NCBI GenBank assembly: GCA_964497475.1 | Contig: CAZCDM010000002.1 | Location: forward strand, 1 to 38,236 | Direction of reading: 5' to 3' | From: an uncultured Planctomycetaceae bacterium | GTDB taxonomy: Bacteria > Planctomycetota > Phycisphaerae > SM23-33 | DNA: 38,236 nt | Made by a program: the position numbers and the translations under genes | The notes under the pieces: generated by a model | What the model saw: the letters and a program-made list of their open reading frames with translations, nothing else | Told to the model about the DNA's origin: nothing | Database searches by the model: none | Shown here: piece after piece, positions 23,496-32,108 of the stretch | Layout of the letters: each line of letters opens with the position of its first letter | Position numbering within the stretch: the first letter of the stretch is position 1

Positions 23496-24839
23496 TCAGG
23501 CCTCCTGCTCGATGAGGTCGGTGGCGATGTCGCCAGCCGTCAAGGCTGGTCGTCGGCCCAGCAGTGCGCAGAGCATCTCGACGTTTCGTTTCGTCGCGCC
23601 CTGCTGGCTGCGGACGTACTGTTGGGCGGCCTGCCCGGCGGCGGCTGCGGAGGTTGGGTCGGCCAGCCAGGCGCGGAGTTGGTCGATCAGCGCATCGAGG
23701 TTTGCCACACGCACGCAGCCGTTCCTGGCCAGGGCGTCGGCCTGGGGGAAGTTGTAGGTGTGCGGGCCGAAGCAGGTCGGTCGGGCCAGGGCGGCCGGTT
23801 CGATCATGTCGCTTCCGCCGGCGGGGACAAGGCTCCGCCCGACGAAGACCACGTCGGCCAGGGCGTAGAAGCATCGCAGTTCGCCCATGGTATCGCCCAG
23901 CAGGACGACGGGTTGCTGGGCTGCGGCGGGGGGTCTGGACGGGTCGGTGCATTCGCTGCGCCGGCGGGCGAACATGCCGCGTGATTCGATCAGCCGGGCA
24001 ACTTCCTCGAAGCGTTCGGGCTTGCGCGGCACGAGGGCCAGTTGCAGGGCCGGGCAGTGTTTCCGCAGGATGGACCACGCATCGAGGAGCAGCTGCTCCT
24101 CGCCGGGGCCGGTCCCGCCGGCGACCCACAGCGGTGCGTCGGCATCGATGCCCATCGCCTGGGCGAGATCGTCCTGCCCGGCGATGTGGTCGGAGATTTC
24201 CATCGCGTCGAACTTCATCATGCCGGTGACGTGAATCTTCTGCGGATCGGTGCCCAGCGAGCGGAAGCACTCGGCATAGGTTTCGTCCTGCACGCCGATG
24301 GCGGCGAGGCGATTGAACAGCCGTCGAGCGATGGGCTTGATCAGCCGGTATCGCGGGTAGCCCTTGTCGGGGCTCATGCGTCCGTTGACGATGGCTGCGG
24401 GGATGTCGCGACGATTGCACGCAGCCAGGAAGTTCGGCCAGGCCTCACCTTCCATGAGGATGACCAGGCTCGGGCGGGCGCGGTTCAGCGTGCGGCGGAC
24501 GACGAGGCTGAAGTCCATCGGCCAGCGGAACACCGCATGGCCGGGTGCGAACAGCTCGCGTGCGCGGTCGATGCCGGTCTGCGTCGTCGCGCTGATGATG
24601 ATGCGGAAGTCCGGCAGCTGGGCGTGGAGTTCGTTGACGAGGAAGCGGGCGGTATTGATTTCGCCGAGGCTCACGCCGTGGATCCAGATGACCGGCTGGA
24701 GGTGGTGGCGCAGTGGGGCCTTGCCGAGGCGTTGGGCCCAGTCGCGGGTGTATCGGCCGTGGCGGATCATGCGGATCAGCCACAGCGGGCTGCTCAGCAG
24801 GATGGCCAGGCCGTAGGCGATGTCTAACAGGATGCTCAT
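23496..24839 (-). CDS. waaA: 3-deoxy-D-manno-octulosonic acid (Kdo) transferase
   Basis: ORF 23496..24962; the likely start is ATG 24839 (MSILLDIAYGLAILL). It has an N-terminal membrane anchor and the motif VIWIHGVSLGEINTARFLV typical of KdtA/WaaA. The C-terminal glycosyltransferase region includes VFVGRSLVPAGGSDMIEPAALARP. It ends 2 nt before the proB start. Confidence 0.85.
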   Translation of the reverse strand: MSILLDIAYGLAILLSSPLWLIRMIRHGRYTRDWAQRLGKAPLRHHLQPVIWIHGVSLGEINTARFLVNELHAQLPDFRIIISATTQTGIDRARELFAPGHAVFRWPMDFSLVVRRTLNRARPSLVILMEGEAWPNFLAACNRRDIPAAIVNGRMSPDKGYPRYRLIKPIARRLFNRLAAIGVQDETYAECFRSLGTDPQKIHVTGMMKFDAMEISDHIAGQDDLAQAMGIDADAPLWVAGGTGPGEEQLLLDAWSILRKHCPALQLALVPRKPERFEEVARLIESRGMFARRRSECTDPSRPPAAAQQPVVLLGDTMGELRCFYALADVVFVGRSLVPAGGSDMIEPAALARPTCFGPHTYNFPQADALARNGCVRVANLDALIDQLRAWLADPTSAAAAGQAAQQYVRSQQGATKRNVEMLCALLGRRPALTAGDIATDLIEQEA

Positions 24840-24897
24840 CGGTGCAAGTATCCCGGCCGGGCGGGGCGGTGTCAATCGCGCAGGCGGAGGCGGGGGC

Positions 24898-24926
24898 TTG
24901 ACTCGGCCGGGCCGAGGGTGTAAGAC
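24898..24926 (+). promoter_or_regulatory. Candidate sigma70-type promoter for ilvC
   Basis: ttgact (24898-24903), a 17-nt spacer, then taagac (24921-24926). aggag sits at about 24954-24958, ahead of ATG 24965. The -10 element is weak. Confidence 0.25.
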
Positions 24927-24964
24927 ATCTCGTTTGCAACCATACCCCTGCAACAGGAGCAACC

Positions 24965-25990
24965 ATGACGGACAACAATCTGAAGATCTACTACGACAAA
25001 GACGGCTCGCTGGATGCGCTGTCGGGCAAGACGGTGGCGGTGTTTGGCTTTGGCAGCCAGGGTCACGCCCACGCCCAGAACCTGCGTGACAGCGGCGTGA
25101 AGGTGATCGTCTCTGAGCTGGAAGGCACGCACAATTACAAGCTGGCCAAGGAGGCGGGCTTCGAGCCGGTCTCGGCCGCCGAGGCCACCAGGCAGGGCGA
25201 CCTGCTGATCGTGACCCTGCCGGATGAAGTGCAGGCGACGGTGTACGAGAACGACATCAAGCCGAACCTCGCCCCGGGCAAGACGCTGGGCTTCTGCCAC
25301 GGGTTCAACGTTCGCTTCGGCTGCATCGTGCCGCCCGAGGGCGTCAACGTGGTGATGATCGCACCGAAGGGTCCGGGCCATACCGTCCGCGACTGCTTCG
25401 TGGAAGGTTCGGGCGTGCCGGGCCTGATCGCGATCGAGAAGGACGAATCGGGCGATGCCCACGATATTGCGCTGGCCTGGGGGATCGGCGTGGGCTGTGG
25501 CCGGGCGGGCATCATCGAGACGACCTTCACCGAAGAAACCGAGACCGACCTGTTCGGTGAGCAGGCTGTGCTGTGTGGCGGCCTGACGGCGCTGGTCAAG
25601 GCCGGCTTCGAGACGCTCACCGAGGCGGGCTACCAGCCGGGCATTGCCTACTTCGAGGTGCTGCACGAGCTGCTGCTGATTATCCGCCTGATGGCCGAGG
25701 GCGGCATCAGCTACATGCGGTACAGCGTGTCGAACACGGCCGAGTGGGGCGACCTGGCCGTCGGCCCGAAGGTCATCGACGACAGCGTCAAGGCGAACAT
25801 GAAGAAGGTGCTCGGCGAGATCCAGGACGGCAGCTTCGCCAAGCAGTGGCTGGCTGAGTGTGCCGACGGCAAGCCGAACTTCAAGAAGCTCTACGAGGCG
25901 GACTTCAACCATCCCATCGAGAAGGTCGGCCGCGATTTGCGGAAGATGTTCAGCTGGATGGACGCCAAGGAACCGCCGAAAGAAGACTGA
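24965..25990 (+). CDS. ilvC: Ketol-acid reductoisomerase (class I)
   Basis: 341 aa. Rossmann motif VAVFGFGSQGHAHAQNLRDSGV. Other matches: GFNVRFG, VMIAPKGPGHTVR, EETETDLFGEQAVLCGG, SNTAEWGD. Confidence 0.95.
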   Translation: MTDNNLKIYYDKDGSLDALSGKTVAVFGFGSQGHAHAQNLRDSGVKVIVSELEGTHNYKLAKEAGFEPVSAAEATRQGDLLIVTLPDEVQATVYENDIKPNLAPGKTLGFCHGFNVRFGCIVPPEGVNVVMIAPKGPGHTVRDCFVEGSGVPGLIAIEKDESGDAHDIALAWGIGVGCGRAGIIETTFTEETETDLFGEQAVLCGGLTALVKAGFETLTEAGYQPGIAYFEVLHELLLIIRLMAEGGISYMRYSVSNTAEWGDLAVGPKVIDDSVKANMKKVLGEIQDGSFAKQWLAECADGKPNFKKLYEADFNHPIEKVGRDLRKMFSWMDAKEPPKED

Positions 25991-26013
25991 CCGGCCGTTG
26001 CGTAACTCCCAAG

Positions 26014-26043
26014 GCCCGTCGCGATTGCGGCGGGCTTTGTTTT
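26014..26043 (+). terminator. Rho-independent terminator downstream of ilvC
   Basis: Stem gcccgtcgc (26014-26022), loop gatt, stem gcggcgggc (26027-26035) with one G-U pair. It is followed by tttgtttt (26036-26043). Confidence 0.6.
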
Positions 26044-26184
26044 GCGCACAGCGTGCGGGCCGGTAGACTACAGTGCAGGCTGGGAGTGCATGGTGGGGCT
26101 CCCGTTCCACCATGTCTGCTATGATTGGACGGCGGGACAGGAGCCCCGCCACCCTGGAATCCCAATTTGCGTGAGAATGCAGCG

Positions 26185-26940
26185 ATGGCTATCGACGCCG
26201 ACCATCTCGAATCGCTCTACCGGCGGTACACCACGCGGGCCATGGCGGCCGGCGATCCGGTGCGGGTGATGTATCGCTACGCCGACCCGCTGGATCGCGA
26301 GGTGGCCGGGCTGGTGGGCTCGTGTCTGGCTTACGGGCGAGTCGAGCAGGCGATGCTCTCGATCGACCGGGCGCTGGAGGTGCTGGGTGACCGGCCGGCG
26401 GAATACATCGCGCGGACGTCGCGCGGCGAGCTGCGACGCCGGCTGGCGGGGTTTCGACACCGGGTGACCAGCGGGGCCAAGCTGGCTGAGCTGCTGTGCG
26501 GGGCGGCCGGTGCGATTGCGCAGTTCGGCTCGCTGGAAGAGTGCTTCGCCGAGGCGCGGCGCTGTGAGCCGGAGCTGCTGCCGGCGGCGGCTTGGTTCTG
26601 CCACACGCTCGACCCGGAGCGGCGGTGCGATCATCTGCTGGCCAACCCGTCGCGCCGCAGCGCGTGCAAGCGGCTGCATTTGTTCCTGCGGTGGATGGTC
26701 CGGCGCGATGCGGTCGACGTGGGTCACTGGCGGTGCATCGCCCCGGCTGAGCTGCTCATGCCGATCGACACGCACCTGCTGGCCTGGGCACAGCGGCACG
26801 GCGCGACGCAGCGCAAGCAGGCTGACGAAACCACCGCCCGTGAGGTAACCGCAGCCGTTGCGGCGATCTGCCCGGCCGACCCGGTGAAGTACGATTTCTG
26901 CCTCGCCCATGCCGGCATGGATGCCTACCGCGAGCGATAG
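26185..26940 (+). CDS. TIGR02757 / DUF2400-like protein (endonuclease III-like fold family)
   Basis: ORF 26125..26940; ATG 26185. Segments LVGSCLAYGRVEQ, CKRLHLFLRWMVRRDAVDVGHW, LLMPIDTHL and DPVKYDFCLAHAG match my recollection of this family. Not verified by search. Confidence 0.55.
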   Translation: MAIDADHLESLYRRYTTRAMAAGDPVRVMYRYADPLDREVAGLVGSCLAYGRVEQAMLSIDRALEVLGDRPAEYIARTSRGELRRRLAGFRHRVTSGAKLAELLCGAAGAIAQFGSLEECFAEARRCEPELLPAAAWFCHTLDPERRCDHLLANPSRRSACKRLHLFLRWMVRRDAVDVGHWRCIAPAELLMPIDTHLLAWAQRHGATQRKQADETTAREVTAAVAAICPADPVKYDFCLAHAGMDAYRER

Positions 26941-27011
26941 CTCGTCCCGCACGCGGCCGCGAACTTGCAGTCGGGGAACGCTTCGCCCGGCTCGGCCGTA
27001 TACAATGAGAC

Positions 27012-28361
27012 ATGGTCGAATACCTTTTGCAATTTCTGGCCGACTTCTGGTCGGTCCTGATGGAGATGTCGCCCTACCTGCTGCTGGGCTTTGCGGTGGC
27101 CGGGCTGCTGTCGATCGTCCTGTCGCCGAAGCTCATCGAGCGTCACCTCGGCGGGCGGGGCATCGTGCCCTGCATCAAGGCTGCCGCGTTCGGCGTGCCC
27201 CTGCCGCTGTGCTCGTGCGGGGTGATTCCCGTTTCGGCCTCGCTTCGCCGACACGGCGCGGGCAAGGGGGCGACGACATCATTCTTGATCTCGACCCCGC
27301 AGACCGGCGTGGACAGCATCCTGGTGACCTTCAGCCTGCTGGGCGTGGTCTTTGCGATCTTCCGCCCGTTGATTGCCCTGGCCAGTGGCGTTCTGGGCGG
27401 GGTGGTCGTCAGCCGATTCGCCGGCCAATCGTCGGCCGACCCGAGCGACTGCTGTGGCAGCGGCCAGGGCCATGCCGAGGAGCAGGTTCACGGCGAGTCG
27501 TGTTCGGCGGACGATTCCTGCGGCGAGTCCTGTCAGGGCGAGCATGAAGAGGATGCCGGGCCGGGTGGGTTCGTTGCCCGGTTGGTCGACGGGCTGCGAT
27601 ATGGCTTTGGTGAACTGCCGGCCGACATTGGCAAGGCGCTGCTGGTGGGGCTGGTGATCTCGGCGGCGATATCGGCCTTCGTGCCGGAGGGATTCTTCGC
27701 CGAGCATCTCGGCCGGGGCGTGCTGGCGATGGGGGTCATGATGTTGCTGGGCGTGCCGATGTATGTCTGCGCGACGGCGTCGGTGCCGATCGCCGCGGCG
27801 CTGGTGCTTGATGGTGGCGTTACGCCGGGGGCGGCTTTGGTATTTCTGATGACGGGCCCGGCCACCAACGCGGCCACGCTGGCGACGATCTGGCGGGTGA
27901 TGGGCAAACGCACGGCGGTGCTCTACCTGCTGACGGTCATCGGCTGTGCCTTCGCCGGCGGGTTGCTGCTGGATGGCATCTTCGACTGGGGCGGGTACAG
28001 TCCCGGCCGGGCCGTCTCGCAGATGCTGCCGACTTGGCTGAAGTATGGCGGGGCCATCGGCCTGCTGGCCGTGCTCGGCTGGGCGATCATCCGGCCGCTG
28101 TTCAAGCGCAATGAGGCCGACGACTCGGCCGACGGGCTCGACCGCCTCGTGCTGGACGTCGAGGGCATGACCTGTTCGCATTGCAGCCACTCGGTGCAGC
28201 GGGCGTTGCTGGAACAATCGGGCGTCGATGCGGCGCGGGTCGATCTGAAAGGCGGCCGGGCGACAGTGACCGGGGAGGACCTCGATACGGACACATTGAT
28301 CGCCGCGGTGGAATCGCTGGGCTATCAGGCCCGGGCGCGGCAAACCAAAGAGAAGGAGTGA
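27012..28361 (+). CDS. ArsP/DUF318-type permease with a Cys/His-rich loop and a C-terminal heavy-metal-associated (HMA) domain; putative metal transporter
   Basis: Multiple TM helices. It has a PLPLCSCGVIPV motif and a loop DPSDCCGSGQGHAEEQVHGESCSADDSCGESCQGEHEED (about 27430-27560). The C-terminal HMA is LVLDVEGMTCSHCSHSVQRAL...VESLGYQA, with GMTCSHC at about 28164-28184. tacaat at 27001-27006 lies 5 nt before the ATG and there is no SD, so a leaderless transcript is possible. Confidence 0.7.
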   Translation: MVEYLLQFLADFWSVLMEMSPYLLLGFAVAGLLSIVLSPKLIERHLGGRGIVPCIKAAAFGVPLPLCSCGVIPVSASLRRHGAGKGATTSFLISTPQTGVDSILVTFSLLGVVFAIFRPLIALASGVLGGVVVSRFAGQSSADPSDCCGSGQGHAEEQVHGESCSADDSCGESCQGEHEEDAGPGGFVARLVDGLRYGFGELPADIGKALLVGLVISAAISAFVPEGFFAEHLGRGVLAMGVMMLLGVPMYVCATASVPIAAALVLDGGVTPGAALVFLMTGPATNAATLATIWRVMGKRTAVLYLLTVIGCAFAGGLLLDGIFDWGGYSPGRAVSQMLPTWLKYGGAIGLLAVLGWAIIRPLFKRNEADDSADGLDRLVLDVEGMTCSHCSHSVQRALLEQSGVDAARVDLKGGRATVTGEDLDTDTLIAAVESLGYQARARQTKEKE

Positions 28362-28363
28362 CG

Positions 28364-29437
28364 ATGCTGACGACACGGATATTGATCGGGGTAGGACTGG
28401 GCTTGGCTGCCGGCGCGATTGGCGGGGCGTTGATGAAGCGCGCCGGCGGGAGTTGCCCGCTGACGTGTAATCCCATCGGCGGCGCGGTGGTCGGTGCGGT
28501 GCTGGGTTGGCTGATCGCCTCGATGATCGGCGGATCCGCCGGCGGGGCCGACGCGCTGGCTCGCATCGAAAGCGAGGAACAGTTCGCCGCCGAGGTCCTT
28601 CAGGCCGACGGGCTGATGGTTGTCGACTTCTATCAGGACGGCTGTCCGCCGTGCAGCCGACTTGCACCGGTGCTCAGCGAGCTGCAGCAGGAGGTTGGCT
28701 CGCGGGTGGGGTTCCGGGCGGTGGATGTGCGGGCCAATGGAGGCCTGGTGGAAAAATATCAGGTGCAGGCAACGCCGACGGTGCTATTATTCCATACAGG
28801 CCAGGTCGTCGGCGGCTGGCGAGGCTATCGGGACAAGGCCGACGCCCGCCGGGCCATCGACGACGCCCTGGCAGAGACGCAACCGAAAACCCAACCCGCA
28901 AAGGACGAACCCATGCAGGAACATTCCGGAGCAGTAACATTCAAAGGTGCCCCCCTGACCCTCCTCGGCCCGGTGCTCAACGTCGGCGACGACGCCCCCG
29001 ATGCGACCGTGATCGACACCGACCTCAACGAGGTTCAGCTGGGCAGCTACCAGGGCAAGACCGTCGTGCTGACCACCGTGCCCTCGCTGGATACGCCCGT
29101 GTGCGACACGATGACGCGCATGTTCAACAAGAAGGCGACCGAGCTGTCGGATGACGTGGTCGTGCTGACGATCAGCATGGATCTGCCCTTCGCCCAGGCG
29201 CGGTGGTGCGGCGCGAACGATATCGAAAACGTCCGGGCCCTCAGCGACCATCGCGATGCAGCCTTCGGCGAGGCTTGGGGCCTGCTGGTCAAGGAGCTTC
29301 GGCTGCTGGCGCGGTCGGTCTGGGTCGTCAACGCCGAGGGTGATATCGTCTACAAGGAACTGGTGACCGAGATTGCCGACGAGCCGCAGTACGACAAGGC
29401 CATCGCGGCGGTCCGCACGCTGGCGGACGCGTCGTGA
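28364..29437 (+). CDS. Fusion protein: glycine-zipper membrane anchor with a CxxxC motif + thioredoxin domain (CPPC) + thiol peroxidase (Tpx)
   Basis: ATG 28364 is preceded by gaaggag (28352-28358). N-terminus LIGVGLGLAAGAIGGALMKRAGGSCPLTCNPIGGAVVGAVLGWLIA. Thioredoxin region: MVVDFYQDGCPPCSRLAPVL...ATPTVLLF, with CPPC at 28643-28654. After the linker ETQPKTQPAKDEP, a complete Tpx runs from Met codon 28913: VTFKGAPLTLLG, VPSLDTPVCDT, LPFAQARWCGA. No stop codon separates the parts. Confidence 0.8.
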   Translation: MLTTRILIGVGLGLAAGAIGGALMKRAGGSCPLTCNPIGGAVVGAVLGWLIASMIGGSAGGADALARIESEEQFAAEVLQADGLMVVDFYQDGCPPCSRLAPVLSELQQEVGSRVGFRAVDVRANGGLVEKYQVQATPTVLLFHTGQVVGGWRGYRDKADARRAIDDALAETQPKTQPAKDEPMQEHSGAVTFKGAPLTLLGPVLNVGDDAPDATVIDTDLNEVQLGSYQGKTVVLTTVPSLDTPVCDTMTRMFNKKATELSDDVVVLTISMDLPFAQARWCGANDIENVRALSDHRDAAFGEAWGLLVKELRLLARSVWVVNAEGDIVYKELVTEIADEPQYDKAIAAVRTLADAS

Positions 29438-29808
29438 GCGTTCGAGCGGGCGAGGTATACAAGTGCGGCGTGTGCGGCATTGTGGTTGCCGTGCTCGACG
29501 CCGGCGCGGGCGAGCCGATCTGTTGCGGCCAACCGATGACGTTGCAGCAACCAGGCCGAAGTGGCGAGGCGGACAGTCATCAGCCTGTCATCTCGGCCGG
29601 GCCGGAGGGTGTGTCGGTTGCCGTTGGCCAGCATCCCCACCCGATGCAGGACGATCACTTCATCCAATGGATCGAGCTGACGCGCCGTGACGGCTATGTC
29701 GAACGGGTCGACCTGACACCGGACGACGAGCCGGCGGTGCGGTTTTCGCCCGGGCCTTGCCAGGCTGTCCGCATTTTTTGCAACCGTCATGGGTTGTGGA
29801 TCAACTGA
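29434..29808 (+). CDS. dfx: Desulfoferrodoxin (2Fe superoxide reductase)
   Basis: GTG 29434 overlaps the upstream stop (GTGA). The N-terminal desulforedoxin motif is YKCGVCGIVVAVLDAGAGEPICCGQPM. The SOR centre ligands are HQP, HPHPMQDDHFIQW and CNRHGLW. Confidence 0.9.
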   Translation: MSVRAGEVYKCGVCGIVVAVLDAGAGEPICCGQPMTLQQPGRSGEADSHQPVISAGPEGVSVAVGQHPHPMQDDHFIQWIELTRRDGYVERVDLTPDDEPAVRFSPGPCQAVRIFCNRHGLWIN

Positions 29809-29810
29809 AA

Positions 29811-29840
29811 CGCGACACGGTCCGATGGGCTGGATATAAT
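29811..29840 (+). promoter_or_regulatory. Candidate sigma70-type promoter for the ferritin gene
   Basis: gcgaca (29811-29816), an 18-nt spacer, then tataat (29835-29840), about 67 nt upstream of ATG 29907. Confidence 0.3.
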
Positions 29841-29906
29841 GTCATGACGCGGCCGATTTCGGCGGCGCATAACACAAAGCTTTCAATCGAACGAAAGGAA
29901 TACACC

Positions 29907-30449
29907 ATGCTGAATGAAAAAATAGAACAGGCGTTCAACGATCAGATCAACGCGGAAACCCACTCGGGCTGGCTGTATTTGCAGATGGCGGCCTGGCTGG
30001 ACGAGAAGAACCTCTCCGGCATGAGCCAGTGGATGGAAGTCCAGGCGCAGGAAGAAACACTCCACGCGATGAAGTTCTTCCGCCACATTCAGGAGCGGGG
30101 CGGGTCGGTCAAGCTCCAAGCGATCGACGCACCCAAGAAGCTCGAGTGGGGCTCGGTCGAAGAGCTCTTCGCCGACGCCCTGGCCCACGAGCAGTACATC
30201 ACCGGGCGGATCAACGATCTGTCCGACCTGGCCGACGAGGTCAAGGACCGCGCCTGCCGCAGCCTGCTGCAGTGGTTCACCGACGAGCAGGTCGAGGAAG
30301 AAGACAACGTCCAGACAAATCTCGATAACGTCAAGCTCGCCGGCGAGCAGGGCCCAGCCCTGATGATGCTCGACCGCGAAATGGCGGGGCGTGTCTTTGC
30401 CTATCCGACCCAGGTGACGGGCACGGGTGAAGAGCCGGCGGCGAACTGA
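29907..30449 (+). CDS. ftn: Non-heme ferritin
   Basis: ORF 29757..30449; ATG 29907 with aaaggaa upstream. Ferroxidase-centre pattern: INAETHSGWLY, QAQEETLHAMKF, ALAHEQYIT, FTDEQVEEE. Confidence 0.9.
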   Translation: MLNEKIEQAFNDQINAETHSGWLYLQMAAWLDEKNLSGMSQWMEVQAQEETLHAMKFFRHIQERGGSVKLQAIDAPKKLEWGSVEELFADALAHEQYITGRINDLSDLADEVKDRACRSLLQWFTDEQVEEEDNVQTNLDNVKLAGEQGPALMMLDREMAGRVFAYPTQVTGTGEEPAAN

Positions 30450-30489
30450 ATCATACGAACAGGCCATCACGGCCAACCGGGAGGCGGAT

Positions 30490-31695
30490 GTGAACGGTGC
30501 ATTTCATGCGGTACAGGTAACGGAAAACGTCTACTGGGTCGGCGCGATTGATTGGGCGGTGCGAGATTTTCACGGGTACTCGACCCATCGCGGAACGACG
30601 TACAATGCGTATCTGATTTTGGCTGACAAGGTCACGCTGGTTGATACGGTCAAGGCCGGTTTCTTCGACGAGATGATGGCGCGGATTTCGTCGGTCATCG
30701 ATCCGTCGAAGATCGAGGTGCTGATCTCGAACCATGCCGAGCCGGACCATTCCGGCGAGCTGGCAGAGGCGCTGCGGGTGATCGAGCCGGACGTCGTCTA
30801 CGCCAGCAAGAACGGCCAGAAGGCGCTCGACGCGCATTACGGCCTGGGTGATCAAATCACGCCCGTCGAGGATGGCCAGAGCGTGGACCTCGGTAGCGAG
30901 AGCGTCGTCTTCGCCGAGACACGCATGTGTCACTGGCCGGACAGCATGGTAAGCTACCTGCCGGCTCAGAAGCTGCTGTTCAGCCAGGACGCCTTCGGCA
31001 TGCACCTGGCCTGCTACGAGCGGTTCGCCGATCAGGTCGACCTCGGCGTGCTGCACTTCGAGGCGGAGAAATACTACGCCAACATCCTCATGCCGCTGGA
31101 CGGCTTCGTCTCCAAGGCGCTGGAGAAGCTCACCGCGGCCGGGTGGGAGATGAACATTCTCTGCCCGGACCACGGCCCGATCTGGCGGGCCGAGCCGGGC
31201 AAGATCATCGGCTGGTATGCGGGCTGGGCGGCAGGGACGCGGACGGACAAGGCCATCGTGCTGTACGATACGATGTGGAAGAGTACCGAGAAGATGGCCC
31301 GCGCGGTGGGCGAGGGCCTCGGTGCCGGCGGAGCCCGGCCGACGCTCATGCCGCTGTCCGGCACGCATCGCAGCGACGTAGCCACGCGGCTGCTGGAGGC
31401 TGGGGCGCTGCTGGTTGGTGCCCCGACGCTGAATAACGAGATATTCCCCCGCATTGCCGACGTGCTGACCTACATCAAGGGCCTTCGGCCCGAGGGGCTC
31501 ATCGGAGCGGCGTTCGGGTCGTTCGGCTGGAGCGGCGAGTCGGTCAAAAAGCTCCAGGAGTTCCTCGGCGAAATGAACGTCGAGATCGTCCACGATTCGC
31601 TCAAGAGTAAGTTCGTGCCAGACGGCGATGTGTACGGCGCGTGCTTCGAGCTGGGCAAGAGCGTAGCAGCCGAGCTGAAATCGCGCGTGGGCTAG
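30490..31695 (+). CDS. Flavodiiron protein (FprA / rubredoxin:oxygen oxidoreductase type)
   Basis: ORF 30427..31695; the likely start is GTG 30490 after gggagg (30478-30483). The metallo-beta-lactamase-like domain carries the diiron motif SNHAEPDHSG. The C-terminal flavodoxin-like domain includes AIVLYDTMWKSTEKMA, GAPTLNN and FGSFGWSGE. Confidence 0.9.
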   Translation: MNGAFHAVQVTENVYWVGAIDWAVRDFHGYSTHRGTTYNAYLILADKVTLVDTVKAGFFDEMMARISSVIDPSKIEVLISNHAEPDHSGELAEALRVIEPDVVYASKNGQKALDAHYGLGDQITPVEDGQSVDLGSESVVFAETRMCHWPDSMVSYLPAQKLLFSQDAFGMHLACYERFADQVDLGVLHFEAEKYYANILMPLDGFVSKALEKLTAAGWEMNILCPDHGPIWRAEPGKIIGWYAGWAAGTRTDKAIVLYDTMWKSTEKMARAVGEGLGAGGARPTLMPLSGTHRSDVATRLLEAGALLVGAPTLNNEIFPRIADVLTYIKGLRPEGLIGAAFGSFGWSGESVKKLQEFLGEMNVEIVHDSLKSKFVPDGDVYGACFELGKSVAAELKSRVG

Positions 31696-31795
31696 CTGGC
31701 GGTGAGGCATTGCAATGTCCGGCGTGGGCGTCCTACAATACAGTGCAAGGGCTGGATGGATCGTGTATCAGCCCGCGATCTCAGCAGGAGATGCC

Positions 31796-32107
31796 ATGTT
31801 TGAAGCAATGAACAAGATGATGCTGGCCGGGTTGGGCGTGATGTCGATGTCGCGTGAGAAGGCCGAGTCGATTTTCGATGAATACGTCGCACGCGGCCAG
31901 GCCGAGCGGGAAGGCAAGAGCAGCTTCGTCAAGGAGCTGATGGACTCGGCCGACAAGACGCGGCAGGATCTTGAGAAGCTCGTCAACGAGCAGATGCACA
32001 AGGCCATTGAGTCGACGTCCGTGGCGACCAAGAACGATATTTCGCGCATCGAGCAGCAGCTCCAGGCCATTACGGCGACCCTGGAAAAACTCCAGCAGGA
32101 CGACTGA
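31796..32107 (+). CDS. Phasin-like / PHA-granule-associated-type small coiled-coil protein
   Basis: ORF 31715..32107; ATG 31796 after aggag (31786-31790). The helical sequence is MFEAMNKMMLAGLGVMSMSREKAESIFDEYVARGQAE...ISRIEQQLQAITATLEKL. Proteins of this kind are often found just upstream of ubiB-family genes (from recollection). Confidence 0.45.
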   Translation: MFEAMNKMMLAGLGVMSMSREKAESIFDEYVARGQAEREGKSSFVKELMDSADKTRQDLEKLVNEQMHKAIESTSVATKNDISRIEQQLQAITATLEKLQQDD

Positions 32108-32108
32108 G

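Noticed and set aside
23494-24420. N-terminal extension of the proB ORF, which is 683 aa as listed (22369..24420).
   Set aside because: Only the last 374 codons (from ATG 23493) look like glutamate 5-kinase. The extension is Arg/Pro-rich and overlaps the well-supported waaA gene in another frame.
24947-24956. The string ctgcaacagg in the ilvC leader resembles the core of the window-end motif (gtgcaacagg).
   Set aside because: The shared core is only 8 nt (gcaacagg). About one such match is expected by chance on the two strands of 38 kb.
28181-28363. An upstream extension of the Trx-Tpx ORF (start at 28181).
   Set aside because: It overlaps the 3' end of the permease-HMA gene in another frame and encodes Gly/Arg-rich filler. 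ATG 28364 has a strong gaaggag RBS and begins the hydrophobic anchor.
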